Assembly (NCBI GenBank): GCA_000387965.1 | Contig: APJZ01000003.1 | Coordinates: 1-32,000, forward strand | Reading direction: 5' to 3' | DNA from: Candidatus Nanobsidianus stetteri | Lineage (GTDB): Archaea; Nanobdellota; Nanobdellia; Nanobdellales; Nanobdellaceae | DNA length: 32,000 nucleotides | Shown here: positions 1 through 7,919 of the stretch, one piece after another | Numbering within the stretch: the stretch's first letter is position 1 | How the letters are laid out: each line of letters opens with the position of its first letter | Program-made: the position numbers and the translations under genes | The notes under the pieces: model-generated | Databases searched by the model: none | What the model was told of the DNA's origin: nothing | What the model saw: only the letters and a program-made list of their open reading frames with translations

Positions 1-37
1 TCTTTATTTAAAATAAATTTATTATTAAATTCCCTAA

Positions 38-463
38 CTACAATTTTTTCCATCTTATTTCCAGAAATCTATAATTATTATCCTTTACACAATATAAAAT
101 TCTTTTTTTGGTACTATGTGCAACTCTATTTTTTGCTAAAAAATCATATATATCTATTTTTTCATTAATATTTATTGGAATAGCAACCCATTTTGAATGT
201 TGATTAATATCTTCATATATTCTAAATATACCACCAAATTTTAATCCTGTACCCAAATAATAACCTTTCTCTCTAAAATATTTATATATATCATAATATA
301 ACTTAATTTTTTCATCTTTTAGGAAATAATTTATATCTAATTTATTATTTTTCTCATCATAAACTTCAATTTCGTTTTTTTCTAATAAATATATGACTTC
401 ATAGAAATATAAAATCTTATCTTCTGATAAAAATACATTATCTTTATATAATACTCTTTTCAT
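38..463 (-). CDS. endA: tRNA-splicing endonuclease, catalytic subunit
   Basis: 141 aa. The C-terminal domain carries GLKFGGIFRIYE...HSKWVA...RVAHSTKKR, matching the Tyr/His/Lys catalytic pattern of archaeal EndA. ATG start at 461-463. Confidence 0.85.
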   Translation of the reverse strand: MKRVLYKDNVFLSEDKILYFYEVIYLLEKNEIEVYDEKNNKLDINYFLKDEKIKLYYDIYKYFREKGYYLGTGLKFGGIFRIYEDINQHSKWVAIPININEKIDIYDFLAKNRVAHSTKKRILYCVKDNNYRFLEIRWKKL

Positions 464-490
464 CTAAATCTTAAATTATAAAAAATACAT

Positions 491-495
491 AAAAA
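491..495 (-). terminator. oligo-T run after tRNA-Thr
   Basis: TTTTT on the minus strand directly follows the discriminator base. Oligo-T is the usual archaeal termination signal. Confidence 0.4.
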
Positions 496-568
496 TGCCG
501 CCGGTGGGACTTGAACCCACGACCTGTGGATTACAAGTCCACCGCTCTACCAGCTGAGCTACGGCGGC
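496..568 (-). tRNA. tRNA-Thr (anticodon UGU)
   Basis: The reverse complement folds as a 73-nt cloverleaf: GCCGCCG/TA/GCTC-AGCTGGTA-GAGC/G/GTGGA-CTTGTAA-TCCAC/AGGTC/GTGGG-TTCAAGT-CCCAC/CGGCGGC/A. No intron and no encoded CCA. It is a GC-rich island in AT-rich DNA. Confidence 0.95.
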
Positions 569-604
569 AATAAAATATAAGATAATAGAAAAAAGTTAAA
601 ATCT

Positions 605-1456
605 TTAACTTCCTCCTAGAGAAACCACTGATTGAGATAAAACAGCTGGTATAGCTCCACCATATTGTGATGTATATCCATTTACCGGTGTTATTTGTAT
701 ATTATAATTTTCATTTACTGATAATCCATTAGGTAGATAATACATTATTTCATATAATTCTCCAGTTGTTAGATATACACTTTCCTGACTTACTGATAAT
801 CCAATTATTGCATATGGGTTTTGAATTCCAGCTTCATTCATTGATTGCAATATTTGGAATAATTGATTTACACTTAATGGATATCCAATTATTGAAGAAT
901 TTAATCCTACTGTACATGAAACTAAAGTTCCATTTACATATGTAAAGTTTGTATATATATATTGATTTGTAAAATTATTTAATGTAGAACATACCTGTGA
1001 ATTATCTATTGTTACATTTTGTACATTTACTTGATTATTAAACATAAATCCAGTTATTATAAAACTTCCTCCCTGCAATACACCATATATTGCTGTAGGC
1101 TCATATTGAGAAGGTGCATAAGAATATACATCTCCATTACTATCTGTAATCAAAGTACTTACATATTCAAAATTAATTGGATTAGAACCTGGCATTAGTG
1201 ATACAACGGGTCCTAAGACAGTTACTTTTTGTAGATAATTATTTAATTGACCACTTGATGGATCATATTGATATCCAAATACTTGTGTAATTTGCATACC
1301 TGTTGTTATTCTTTGTTCTGCTTGTGCACCTGTTTGTAATGCCTTTGATTGTAAAGAACTTGCAGTATATATTATTACACCGGCTGCTACTGCTGCCGTT
1401 ACTATTATTGCTATTAATATAATTAATGTTGACAAACCAAACTGTGCCCTTACCAT
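605..1456 (-). CDS. arlB: archaellin (archaeal flagellin FlaB/ArlB-like) with class III signal peptide
   Basis: 283 aa. The N-terminus MVRAQFG|LSTLIILIAIIVTAAVAAGVIIYTASSLQSKALQTGAQAEQRITTGMQI parallels the conserved archaellin N-terminus ([33 protein letters not shown]...). The mature part is rich in N/S/T/Q/Y/G with many N-x-S/T sequons. Confidence 0.75.
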   Translation of the reverse strand: MVRAQFGLSTLIILIAIIVTAAVAAGVIIYTASSLQSKALQTGAQAEQRITTGMQITQVFGYQYDPSSGQLNNYLQKVTVLGPVVSLMPGSNPINFEYVSTLITDSNGDVYSYAPSQYEPTAIYGVLQGGSFIITGFMFNNQVNVQNVTIDNSQVCSTLNNFTNQYIYTNFTYVNGTLVSCTVGLNSSIIGYPLSVNQLFQILQSMNEAGIQNPYAIIGLSVSQESVYLTTGELYEIMYYLPNGLSVNENYNIQITPVNGYTSQYGGAIPAVLSQSVVSLGGS

Positions 1457-1504
1457 AATGAATTAAAAGATTTTAAACATTATAAATTTTTACCTAAAAG
1501 GTAG

Positions 1505-2614
1505 TTATTTACTTAATAAAGCAATTGTTTCCATATGATATGTATGAGGAAATTGATCAACCAAAATTATGTTTTCCAATTTATAATTTCCTTTATTTAT
1601 TAAAATATCTATATCTCTCTTCTGAGTTTCTGGATAACAAGAAACATATACTATTTTCTTTGCATTTGATTCTAATATTTTTCTTATTACTTTTTTATTT
1701 ATTCCTGGTCTTGGGGGATCTACAATTATTTTATCCGCATTTATTTTTTCTAAATTTTCTACATTAGATAATAAAAATTTCACACTTTTTACATTATTTA
1801 TTTCTTTATTCAAATTAAACATTTCAAAATTTTCCTTATTATTATCTACAGCATATACATAATTAGAATATTTTCCAATTTCTATTGCATAAAAACCAGA
1901 ACCAGAATATAAATCATAAATTATATCATTTTCATTTGGATCAGTAAATTCTCTTACATATTTTAATAATATCTCTGCAGTATAACTATTTGGTTGATAA
2001 AAACTATTTGTTGAAATATAATAAAAATTATCTAAAGCTTTTTCTTTAATATATTTTTCTCCATATAATAAATAATTTATATTTCCATATGAAACATCAG
2101 AAATAGTATCATTTATTGTCCAATAAAATGAATTAATATAATTTTTAATCTCGTTATAAAATTCAAAAAATATATTTTTATAATATTCTAAATTATCTGT
2201 TTTATAAGTTATTATATTTACTATTCTCTCATTTGTAAATTTTCCCTCTCTTATTACAATATATCTTATAAAACCTGTATAATTTTTTGTATCCCATGGT
2301 TTTAAATTTTTATTTATTATAAATTCCCTAAACTTATTTCTTATTATATTTGATTCTGGAGATTGTAAAAAACATTCATCAATATTTACATATGAATACC
2401 ATTTTCCATATTCTTTTAGCCCTACTTCATAATTAGGACCAACAACATAATCCATTCTATTTCTATAATAAATTATTTTTGGTGATTTTATAACTTCATC
2501 AGGTTCTCTTTTAAATATATCAATAAATCTATTTATTTTATATTCTATTTGTTTGTCATATAATAAATTTTGAATTTGACAACCACCGCACTTTGGAAAA
2601 TGCTTACATAGCAT
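1505..2614 (-). CDS. RNA (uracil-5-)-methyltransferase, RumA/TrmA family, without TRAM domain
   Basis: 369 aa. It starts directly at the Fe-S cysteine cluster CKHFPKCGGCQIQ, with a later Cys in IDECFLQ. It has the SAM-MTase motif DLYSGSGF and DPPRPG, and a C-terminal VSCYP. Confidence 0.85.
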   Translation of the reverse strand: MLCKHFPKCGGCQIQNLLYDKQIEYKINRFIDIFKREPDEVIKSPKIIYYRNRMDYVVGPNYEVGLKEYGKWYSYVNIDECFLQSPESNIIRNKFREFIINKNLKPWDTKNYTGFIRYIVIREGKFTNERIVNIITYKTDNLEYYKNIFFEFYNEIKNYINSFYWTINDTISDVSYGNINYLLYGEKYIKEKALDNFYYISTNSFYQPNSYTAEILLKYVREFTDPNENDIIYDLYSGSGFYAIEIGKYSNYVYAVDNNKENFEMFNLNKEINNVKSVKFLLSNVENLEKINADKIIVDPPRPGINKKVIRKILESNAKKIVYVSCYPETQKRDIDILINKGNYKLENIILVDQFPHTYHMETIALLSK

Positions 2615-2652
2615 TAAGAATATTTAAAAATAAAATTTTAAAGATCAAAAAT

Positions 2653-3270
2653 CTATTGATATGCTTGATAGCCCAAAGAACTACATGATGAATAACCTGT
2701 ATTTGGGTTTACAGAACACTGCATTATATCATAATATTGAGTTGGTGGAATTATTACTCTAAATCCCATTTGTAAATTACTTACAGAATAATTTATTGTT
2801 GCATTTAAACATGGTCCTCCAATAATTGTTAAATTAACATTTGCTACCGAATGTGCTGGTATTGCTTGTCCATAAGTTAATGTTTCATTATATGTTGCAT
2901 CATATACAGATTCTGCTATACCAATATTTGCAGCATCAGCTATACTTTCAAATATTGGAGTTGTACATATTATATCACCATTTGGAGTTGTAAAGTCAAT
3001 AAACCATCCATTTAATGGTATATCTGTTGGTCCTAAATTATATAATGTAAATGAAACTGTTGCTACACTTCCATATTCAGAATATTCAACATCATGAATT
3101 GTAAATTGTGGTACTGCAGATTGTTGTTGATTTAATTGCAATTTTGTAATTGAATATCCAGCACTTTTTAAATAAACATCAACAATTATATAAGTACTTA
3201 TTGCAGCTAATGCAACCAAAAATATAAAGAAAAAAAGTGATTGAAAGGCTTGTCCTTTCATTTTAGCCAT
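2653..3270 (-). CDS. pilin/archaellin-like membrane protein (possible ArlF/ArlG-type)
   Basis: 205 aa. MAKMKGQAFQSLFFFIFLVALAAISTYII is a class-III-like signal/anchor, followed by a K/R-poor beta-rich domain. An alternative ATG at 3261 gives MKGQAFQ..., mirroring the upstream gene's MKGQGG. It overlaps the upstream gene by 8 nt if the start is 3270. Confidence 0.5.
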   Translation of the reverse strand: MAKMKGQAFQSLFFFIFLVALAAISTYIIVDVYLKSAGYSITKLQLNQQQSAVPQFTIHDVEYSEYGSVATVSFTLYNLGPTDIPLNGWFIDFTTPNGDIICTTPIFESIADAANIGIAESVYDATYNETLTYGQAIPAHSVANVNLTIIGGPCLNATINYSVSNLQMGFRVIIPPTQYYDIMQCSVNPNTGYSSCSSLGYQAYQ

Positions 3271-3856
3271 ATAATATTACTGTTGGATATATCATTGCTG
3301 CTGGAGTTACACCCGATAGATCATATGGTTGTCCGTTTGGTGGTATTATAGAGAATTCCCATGTTTGTGATGTTCCTAATGATACATTAGCATATATTAA
3401 TAATGCTGCTAAATCATTTGGTCCCAATACTCCATTATATAATAATCCTGAATTATCTACTGAATCCTTTTGATCTATATAATAATATCCTGTATATCCT
3501 GTTACTAATGAAGAGTTTGCTACAGCTCCTCCATATGCAAATATTTCTCTACCAGCTGGGGTATATAATATTACTGCTGTTTGATTGAATAATATTGGCT
3601 GTGATCCTGGTGCTAATCTTGTATATACTAAGAACTCTTGTACTGTTTGTGATGTTGTATTAACATTTATACCCTCTACTCTTACAATTTCTACAGTTGT
3701 ACCAGATGTTTGTACTGTTTGTTGTGCTGCAGCTGCTGCATGTCCTTGTGCACTAGTTGTTGCTCCAATAATAACTAATGCTGCTATTGCTGCTGTCAAT
3801 GCTGCTGCTATAAATAATACCATTGCTGAAAAACCAGATCCTCCCTGACCTTTCAT
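3263..3856 (-). CDS. archaellin-like protein with class III signal peptide
   Basis: 197 aa. MKGQGGSGFSAMVLFIAAALTAAIAALVIIGATTSAQGHAAAAAQQTVQTSGTTVEIVRVEG has the archaellin-type hydrophobic N-terminus and the following ...V.V.G segment. The composition is K/R-poor. Confidence 0.7.
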   Translation of the reverse strand: MKGQGGSGFSAMVLFIAAALTAAIAALVIIGATTSAQGHAAAAAQQTVQTSGTTVEIVRVEGINVNTTSQTVQEFLVYTRLAPGSQPILFNQTAVILYTPAGREIFAYGGAVANSSLVTGYTGYYYIDQKDSVDNSGLLYNGVLGPNDLAALLIYANVSLGTSQTWEFSIIPPNGQPYDLSGVTPAAMIYPTVILYG

Positions 3857-3913
3857 ACCTTATTAAACACTTTTCCCATTTATATGAATTTGTTAATCAA
3901 TAATGATAATTTC

Positions 3914-3988
3914 TGCCCCCGCCGGGATTTGAACCCGGGTCATAGGGACGAAAACCCTATATCCTAGACCAGACTAGACGACGGGGGC
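3914..3988 (-). tRNA. tRNA-Glu (anticodon UUC)
   Basis: 75-nt cloverleaf on the minus strand: GCCCCCG/TC/GTCT-AGTCTGGTCTA-GGAT/A/TAGGG-TTTTCGT-CCCTA/TGAC/CCGGG-TTCAAAT-CCCGG/CGGGGGC/A. Contiguous, no intron, no CCA. Confidence 0.95.
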
Positions 3989-4086
3989 GTATTTTATTTT
4001 ACTTGTAAATAATATTATATAAAGTTTTATTTAAATTTTATAACAATGTTATGAATTTAAAAATATAATATATAATTTTAGATAAT

Positions 4087-5430
4087 ATGCAAGAGATAAC
4101 TATACGAGGTCCTTTGAATGAGGAAAAAATCAAAAAAATATCTGAAATATTGAACGAACCCGATTGGATGACAAACATAAGATTAAAAGGATTAGATTAT
4201 TTTAATAAATTAGATTTACCAAAATTTGGACCAGAAATAAAAAATATTGATTTTGATAATATGATATATTATAGAAGTATAACTAAAGAAAATAAACCAA
4301 AGAGATGGGAAGATTTACCAGAGGATATAAAAAATAGAATAGAAAAATTGGGATTAAGAAAAGAATTTGAAAGGGAATTTTTGTCAGGATTATTATATCA
4401 ACACGATTCTTCTTCAATATATAAGGAAATAAAAAAATATCTAGATCAAGAAGGTATTATTTTTATGCCCTTATCACAAGCAGTAAAAGATTATCCAGAA
4501 ATTGTAAAAGAATATTTTGGAAAAGTTATCTCTTTTGGAGATAATAAATTTGCAGCATTAAATACAGCAGTTTGGAGTGGGGGTGTATTTATTTATGTAC
4601 CAGAAAATGTTAAAGTAGACTTCCCATTGCAGGCATATTTTTGGATAGGAACAGAAAATCTTGGACAATTTGAAAGAACTTTGATAATAGCAGATAAAAA
4701 TTCCAAAGTAACTTATATAGAAGGATGTACTGCTCCAATATATAATGTATCTTCATTACATGCAGCGGTAGTAGAAGTCTTTGCAAAAGAAAATTCAGAA
4801 GTTACTTATGCTACAATACAAAACTGGTCTAAAAATATATATAACCTAGTAACAAAAAGGGCAAAGGTATATAAAAACGCTAAAATTAAATGGATATCTG
4901 CTGAATTTGGAAGTAAAGTAACAATGTTATATCCTGGATTAATTTTAGAAGAAAATTCTACAGGAGAAATTTATACAATGTCAATTGCAAATGAAAATCA
5001 AATAATAGATACTGGCGGAAGAATATTAGTAAATGGAAAAAATTCCAGAGGATATATTGTAACAAAATCTATATCAATAAATGGAAGGGCAATAAATAGA
5101 ATAGACATAAAAATATTTAGTAATTCCGAAAATTCAAAAGTTATATCTAAATGCGACTCTTTAATAGAAGGAAATGGAACAGCAGAATCAATACCAAGAA
5201 TGGAAATTTACAATAATAAAAATTATTATAATCATGAAGCAAAAACTGAAAAAATAGATGATCAAAAAATACTTTATTTACAAAGTTTGGGTATAGATAA
5301 AAAGAAAGCTAAAAGATTAATATATATGGGATTTGCAGATGATATTCTAAAAAACTTTCCACCCTCTTATCAAATGAGAATTAAAAAACTTCTAGAAATA
5401 GAATTAGAAGAAATTGGAGGATTTGGCTAA
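4087..5430 (+). CDS. sufB: Fe-S cluster assembly protein SufB
   Basis: 447 aa. The N-terminal ISEILNEPDWMTNIRLKGLDYFNKLDLPKFGP matches the SufB N-terminal signature. The core has YIEGCTAPIY...LHAAVVEVF. Confidence 0.85.
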   Translation: MQEITIRGPLNEEKIKKISEILNEPDWMTNIRLKGLDYFNKLDLPKFGPEIKNIDFDNMIYYRSITKENKPKRWEDLPEDIKNRIEKLGLRKEFEREFLSGLLYQHDSSSIYKEIKKYLDQEGIIFMPLSQAVKDYPEIVKEYFGKVISFGDNKFAALNTAVWSGGVFIYVPENVKVDFPLQAYFWIGTENLGQFERTLIIADKNSKVTYIEGCTAPIYNVSSLHAAVVEVFAKENSEVTYATIQNWSKNIYNLVTKRAKVYKNAKIKWISAEFGSKVTMLYPGLILEENSTGEIYTMSIANENQIIDTGGRILVNGKNSRGYIVTKSISINGRAINRIDIKIFSNSENSKVISKCDSLIEGNGTAESIPRMEIYNNKNYYNHEAKTEKIDDQKILYLQSLGIDKKKAKRLIYMGFADDILKNFPPSYQMRIKKLLEIELEEIGGFG

Positions 5431-7743
5431 TTACTTAAATAGCCAATTATATATTATTTTTATATCTCTCTTTATTAATTTTCTAGCCTCAAGCTTCTTT
5501 ATTTTAAAATGATCAGATATTTTTGCAAAACTCCATGATAATAAAAATTTTCCAATTAATAATTCTTCTTTATCTATCTTTGGTTTATCCTTTTCAGTAT
5601 ATAATAAATAATAGATATATAATAATTTTACTACATCTGCAGCAGCTTCATATGTCATAGGTGAAGATAAATAACCTTCCAATCTTTCTATTTGATTATC
5701 TGTCAAATTTAATTTATAATGTGGTTTAAACTTATATGGAGTTTCTAACATTTTTAATATTAGTTCTGGAGATAAATCAAAATATACATCTGATATTTGA
5801 TTTATTAATCTCCATCTAAATTCATAATTTAACTTTTTAACTATTTTTTCTGATCCCTCATTTATTGGTTTTATTACTATACCAGAATATTCCCCAGAAA
5901 CCTTATTTTTTTCTGGAGATAAATGAACTAATACAAAATTATTTTTTTGCCAGAAATTTAATAATTCATAAGTTATTCCAAAACTAGAACCAATCCAATC
6001 ATAATTATTTTTCTTAGCCCAATCATATAGTTTATCTAGTGATAAAGATCCCAGACCCATACCTTGAATTTCTGGTATTGTAGCAATTCTAACAATTCTT
6101 AACCCCTTTAATTTAGCAAATTCTCTTATTCTATAATGTTTAACTATTATATCTGGTATTATATTTCCCTTTGGTTTATAATCTTTTAACATTTTATTAA
6201 TTGTATCATCATCTATACCACCTTCATATGCTATATGTATTCCATTTACAATTTTTCCATTTGATAATTCTAAAACAAAAGCATCATGGTGTGGTGCATC
6301 AGCAAGCATTGCTATATCATTCGGTTTATTTTGATAATGTGCTAAAATATATATTCCAACAAAATTCTTTAATTTTGGATCATCATTGTAAAACCATTCT
6401 TTCATTGGTATTTTATAAAATCTTACATCCTTATTTTTTATTAACTCTTTATCTCTCTCATCAATTTCTGAAGATTCGGAATCTAATAATAAGGTATCAT
6501 ATAGCCATTTTTCAATTGGATCTTGTTCATTATATCTAATTGGCTCAATCATATTATATTTGTATATCTTAAAATCCTTCAGAGAATTTAAATATTTCAA
6601 AAATTTGACAGAAAAGGATCTCCCAGCCCCCTCATATCCATGAATCGTAGAAGAAAATACAATTTTATCATATTTCTTTGTATATTCCAATAATATATTT
6701 ATACCAATACCTGCAGCTTCATCAACAAATAATATATCATATTTTTTTCCCAATATTTCAGATGGTTTTCTATATTCAATATATATTTTATTATTTATTA
6801 CTATTTTTCTCTCACTTATTTCTTTATATTTTATATTATTCTTATTTAATCCTAACTTTAGAAATTCGAATAATGTCTCTACATTATTAAATTCTGGTGA
6901 TGTTATACCTATATCATATACTTTTTTACTATTTAATAATATTTCAGAAATTCCAGAAATTGCTAAACCGAGAGATGCGCTTTTTCCTCTCCCTCTATCT
7001 GCAATAATTAAATATATTGATTTTTCATCGCTTAACAAATTTTCTAAAAGAGAAAGAACATTTACTTGATCTTGTGTTAAACATAATTTATATACTCTAT
7101 CTGAAAATTTTCTATTATCTGGCAATAATATTTTCTTTCTTCCTGGTGGATATGCTTCTTCTAATATACATTCATCATTTATTCCTTTTATTAATCCTTT
7201 CTCTATATCATATATAATTATATTATCATATTGAAGTAATTTACCTTTGAATCTATATTCAAAATATTTTTTTACATCTTCTAACTTATATGGAGGAGTT
7301 AATAAATGTTCATGGAAGGTTGTATAATTTTCTTCAAAATGTTCAAAATCTTTAATTAAGAAAAATGCAATACCAATTCCAGATAGAGTTTCAATAATTC
7401 TACCTATATAATCTGGAGTTAATGATTTATACATATCTAAAATCAATACATCATATGTTTTTCCTAAAATTTTTTTAGAATCTTTATATTTAATTCTTTC
7501 TATATCTAGAAAATCTATCCTTTCTTTTAATTTCTCAAACCTATATAAATAGTCTCCATTAAAATCTTCAGATATATATAAAATCCTTATTCTATCTTTA
7601 AAGTTCTTAACTTTTTCATAATATATTTTTATCAAATTTGTTAAAATATCGAAATAATCCTTACCAGATAAGACAACAACTCCTCTGTGATTATTTCTAA
7701 TTATTTTACATAATAATTTATTATAATCATTTAATATATCCAT
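5431..7743 (-). CDS. tmcA: tRNA(Met) cytidine acetyltransferase TmcA (NAT10/Kre33 homologue)
   Basis: The helicase module has ADRGRGKSASLG (Walker A), FVDEAA and TIHGYEGAGRSFSVKF. The GNAT module has RIVRIATIPEIQGMGLGS. The track ORF extends to a TTG at 7761. I prefer the first ATG at 7741-7743 (MDILNDYNK...) because an ATTATAAG TATA-like box lies 22-29 nt upstream of it. The start is uncertain by 18 nt. Confidence 0.9.
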   Translation of the reverse strand: MDILNDYNKLLCKIIRNNHRGVVVLSGKDYFDILTNLIKIYYEKVKNFKDRIRILYISEDFNGDYLYRFEKLKERIDFLDIERIKYKDSKKILGKTYDVLILDMYKSLTPDYIGRIIETLSGIGIAFFLIKDFEHFEENYTTFHEHLLTPPYKLEDVKKYFEYRFKGKLLQYDNIIIYDIEKGLIKGINDECILEEAYPPGRKKILLPDNRKFSDRVYKLCLTQDQVNVLSLLENLLSDEKSIYLIIADRGRGKSASLGLAISGISEILLNSKKVYDIGITSPEFNNVETLFEFLKLGLNKNNIKYKEISERKIVINNKIYIEYRKPSEILGKKYDILFVDEAAGIGINILLEYTKKYDKIVFSSTIHGYEGAGRSFSVKFLKYLNSLKDFKIYKYNMIEPIRYNEQDPIEKWLYDTLLLDSESSEIDERDKELIKNKDVRFYKIPMKEWFYNDDPKLKNFVGIYILAHYQNKPNDIAMLADAPHHDAFVLELSNGKIVNGIHIAYEGGIDDDTINKMLKDYKPKGNIIPDIIVKHYRIREFAKLKGLRIVRIATIPEIQGMGLGSLSLDKLYDWAKKNNYDWIGSSFGITYELLNFWQKNNFVLVHLSPEKNKVSGEYSGIVIKPINEGSEKIVKKLNYEFRWRLINQISDVYFDLSPELILKMLETPYKFKPHYKLNLTDNQIERLEGYLSSPMTYEAAADVVKLLYIYYLLYTEKDKPKIDKEELLIGKFLLSWSFAKISDHFKIKKLEARKLIKRDIKIIYNWLFK

Positions 7744-7775
7744 ATATAAATTATCAAGCAATTACTTATAATCGT

Positions 7776-7918
7776 TTAATAAAATGTTAACCTTTTGTTA
7801 AAATTGTATTAAACTATGTTAAAACATTAAAATATTTCGTTAATGAAATATTAAATAATAGATATACACTAGTTAAATGGTGTTAAATTGTTAATAGAAT
7901 ATGTTAAATATATGTTAA
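7776..7918 (+). repeat. helically phased TTAA / (T)GTTAA direct-repeat array
   Basis: There are 13 TTAA cores, starting at 7776, 7787, 7798, 7809, 7819, 7827, 7840, 7851, 7873, 7883, 7891, 7904 and 7915. The mean step is about 10.7 bp. Nine are GTTAA and seven TGTTAA, all in one orientation. The array fills the intergenic gap between the rgy-N stop and the tmcA start. Confidence 0.8.
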
Positions 7919-7919
7919 A

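Noticed and set aside
3585-3848. 87-aa plus-strand ORF rich in Ala/Cys/Val (CCAAAAACPCALVVAP...).
   Set aside because: It lies entirely antisense to the archaellin-like gene 3263-3856. Its Ala/Cys run is just the mirror image of that gene's GCx/Ala-rich N-terminal helix. It has no independent start context.
6201-7217. Three plus-strand ORFs (6201-6539, 6678-6890, 7017-7217) inside tmcA.
   Set aside because: They are antisense shadow ORFs with F/L/I/Y/H-rich low-complexity translations, as expected in AT-rich DNA. The minus-strand frame carries unmistakable TmcA motifs.
7776-7918. Possibility that the repeat array is a CRISPR array or a degenerate mobile-element end.
   Set aside because: The repeat unit is only 4-7 bp with 8-13 bp spacing, far too short for CRISPR repeats and spacers. 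There are no flanking inverted repeats, no transposase or integrase, and no cas genes in the window. It is kept as a phased-motif finding instead.
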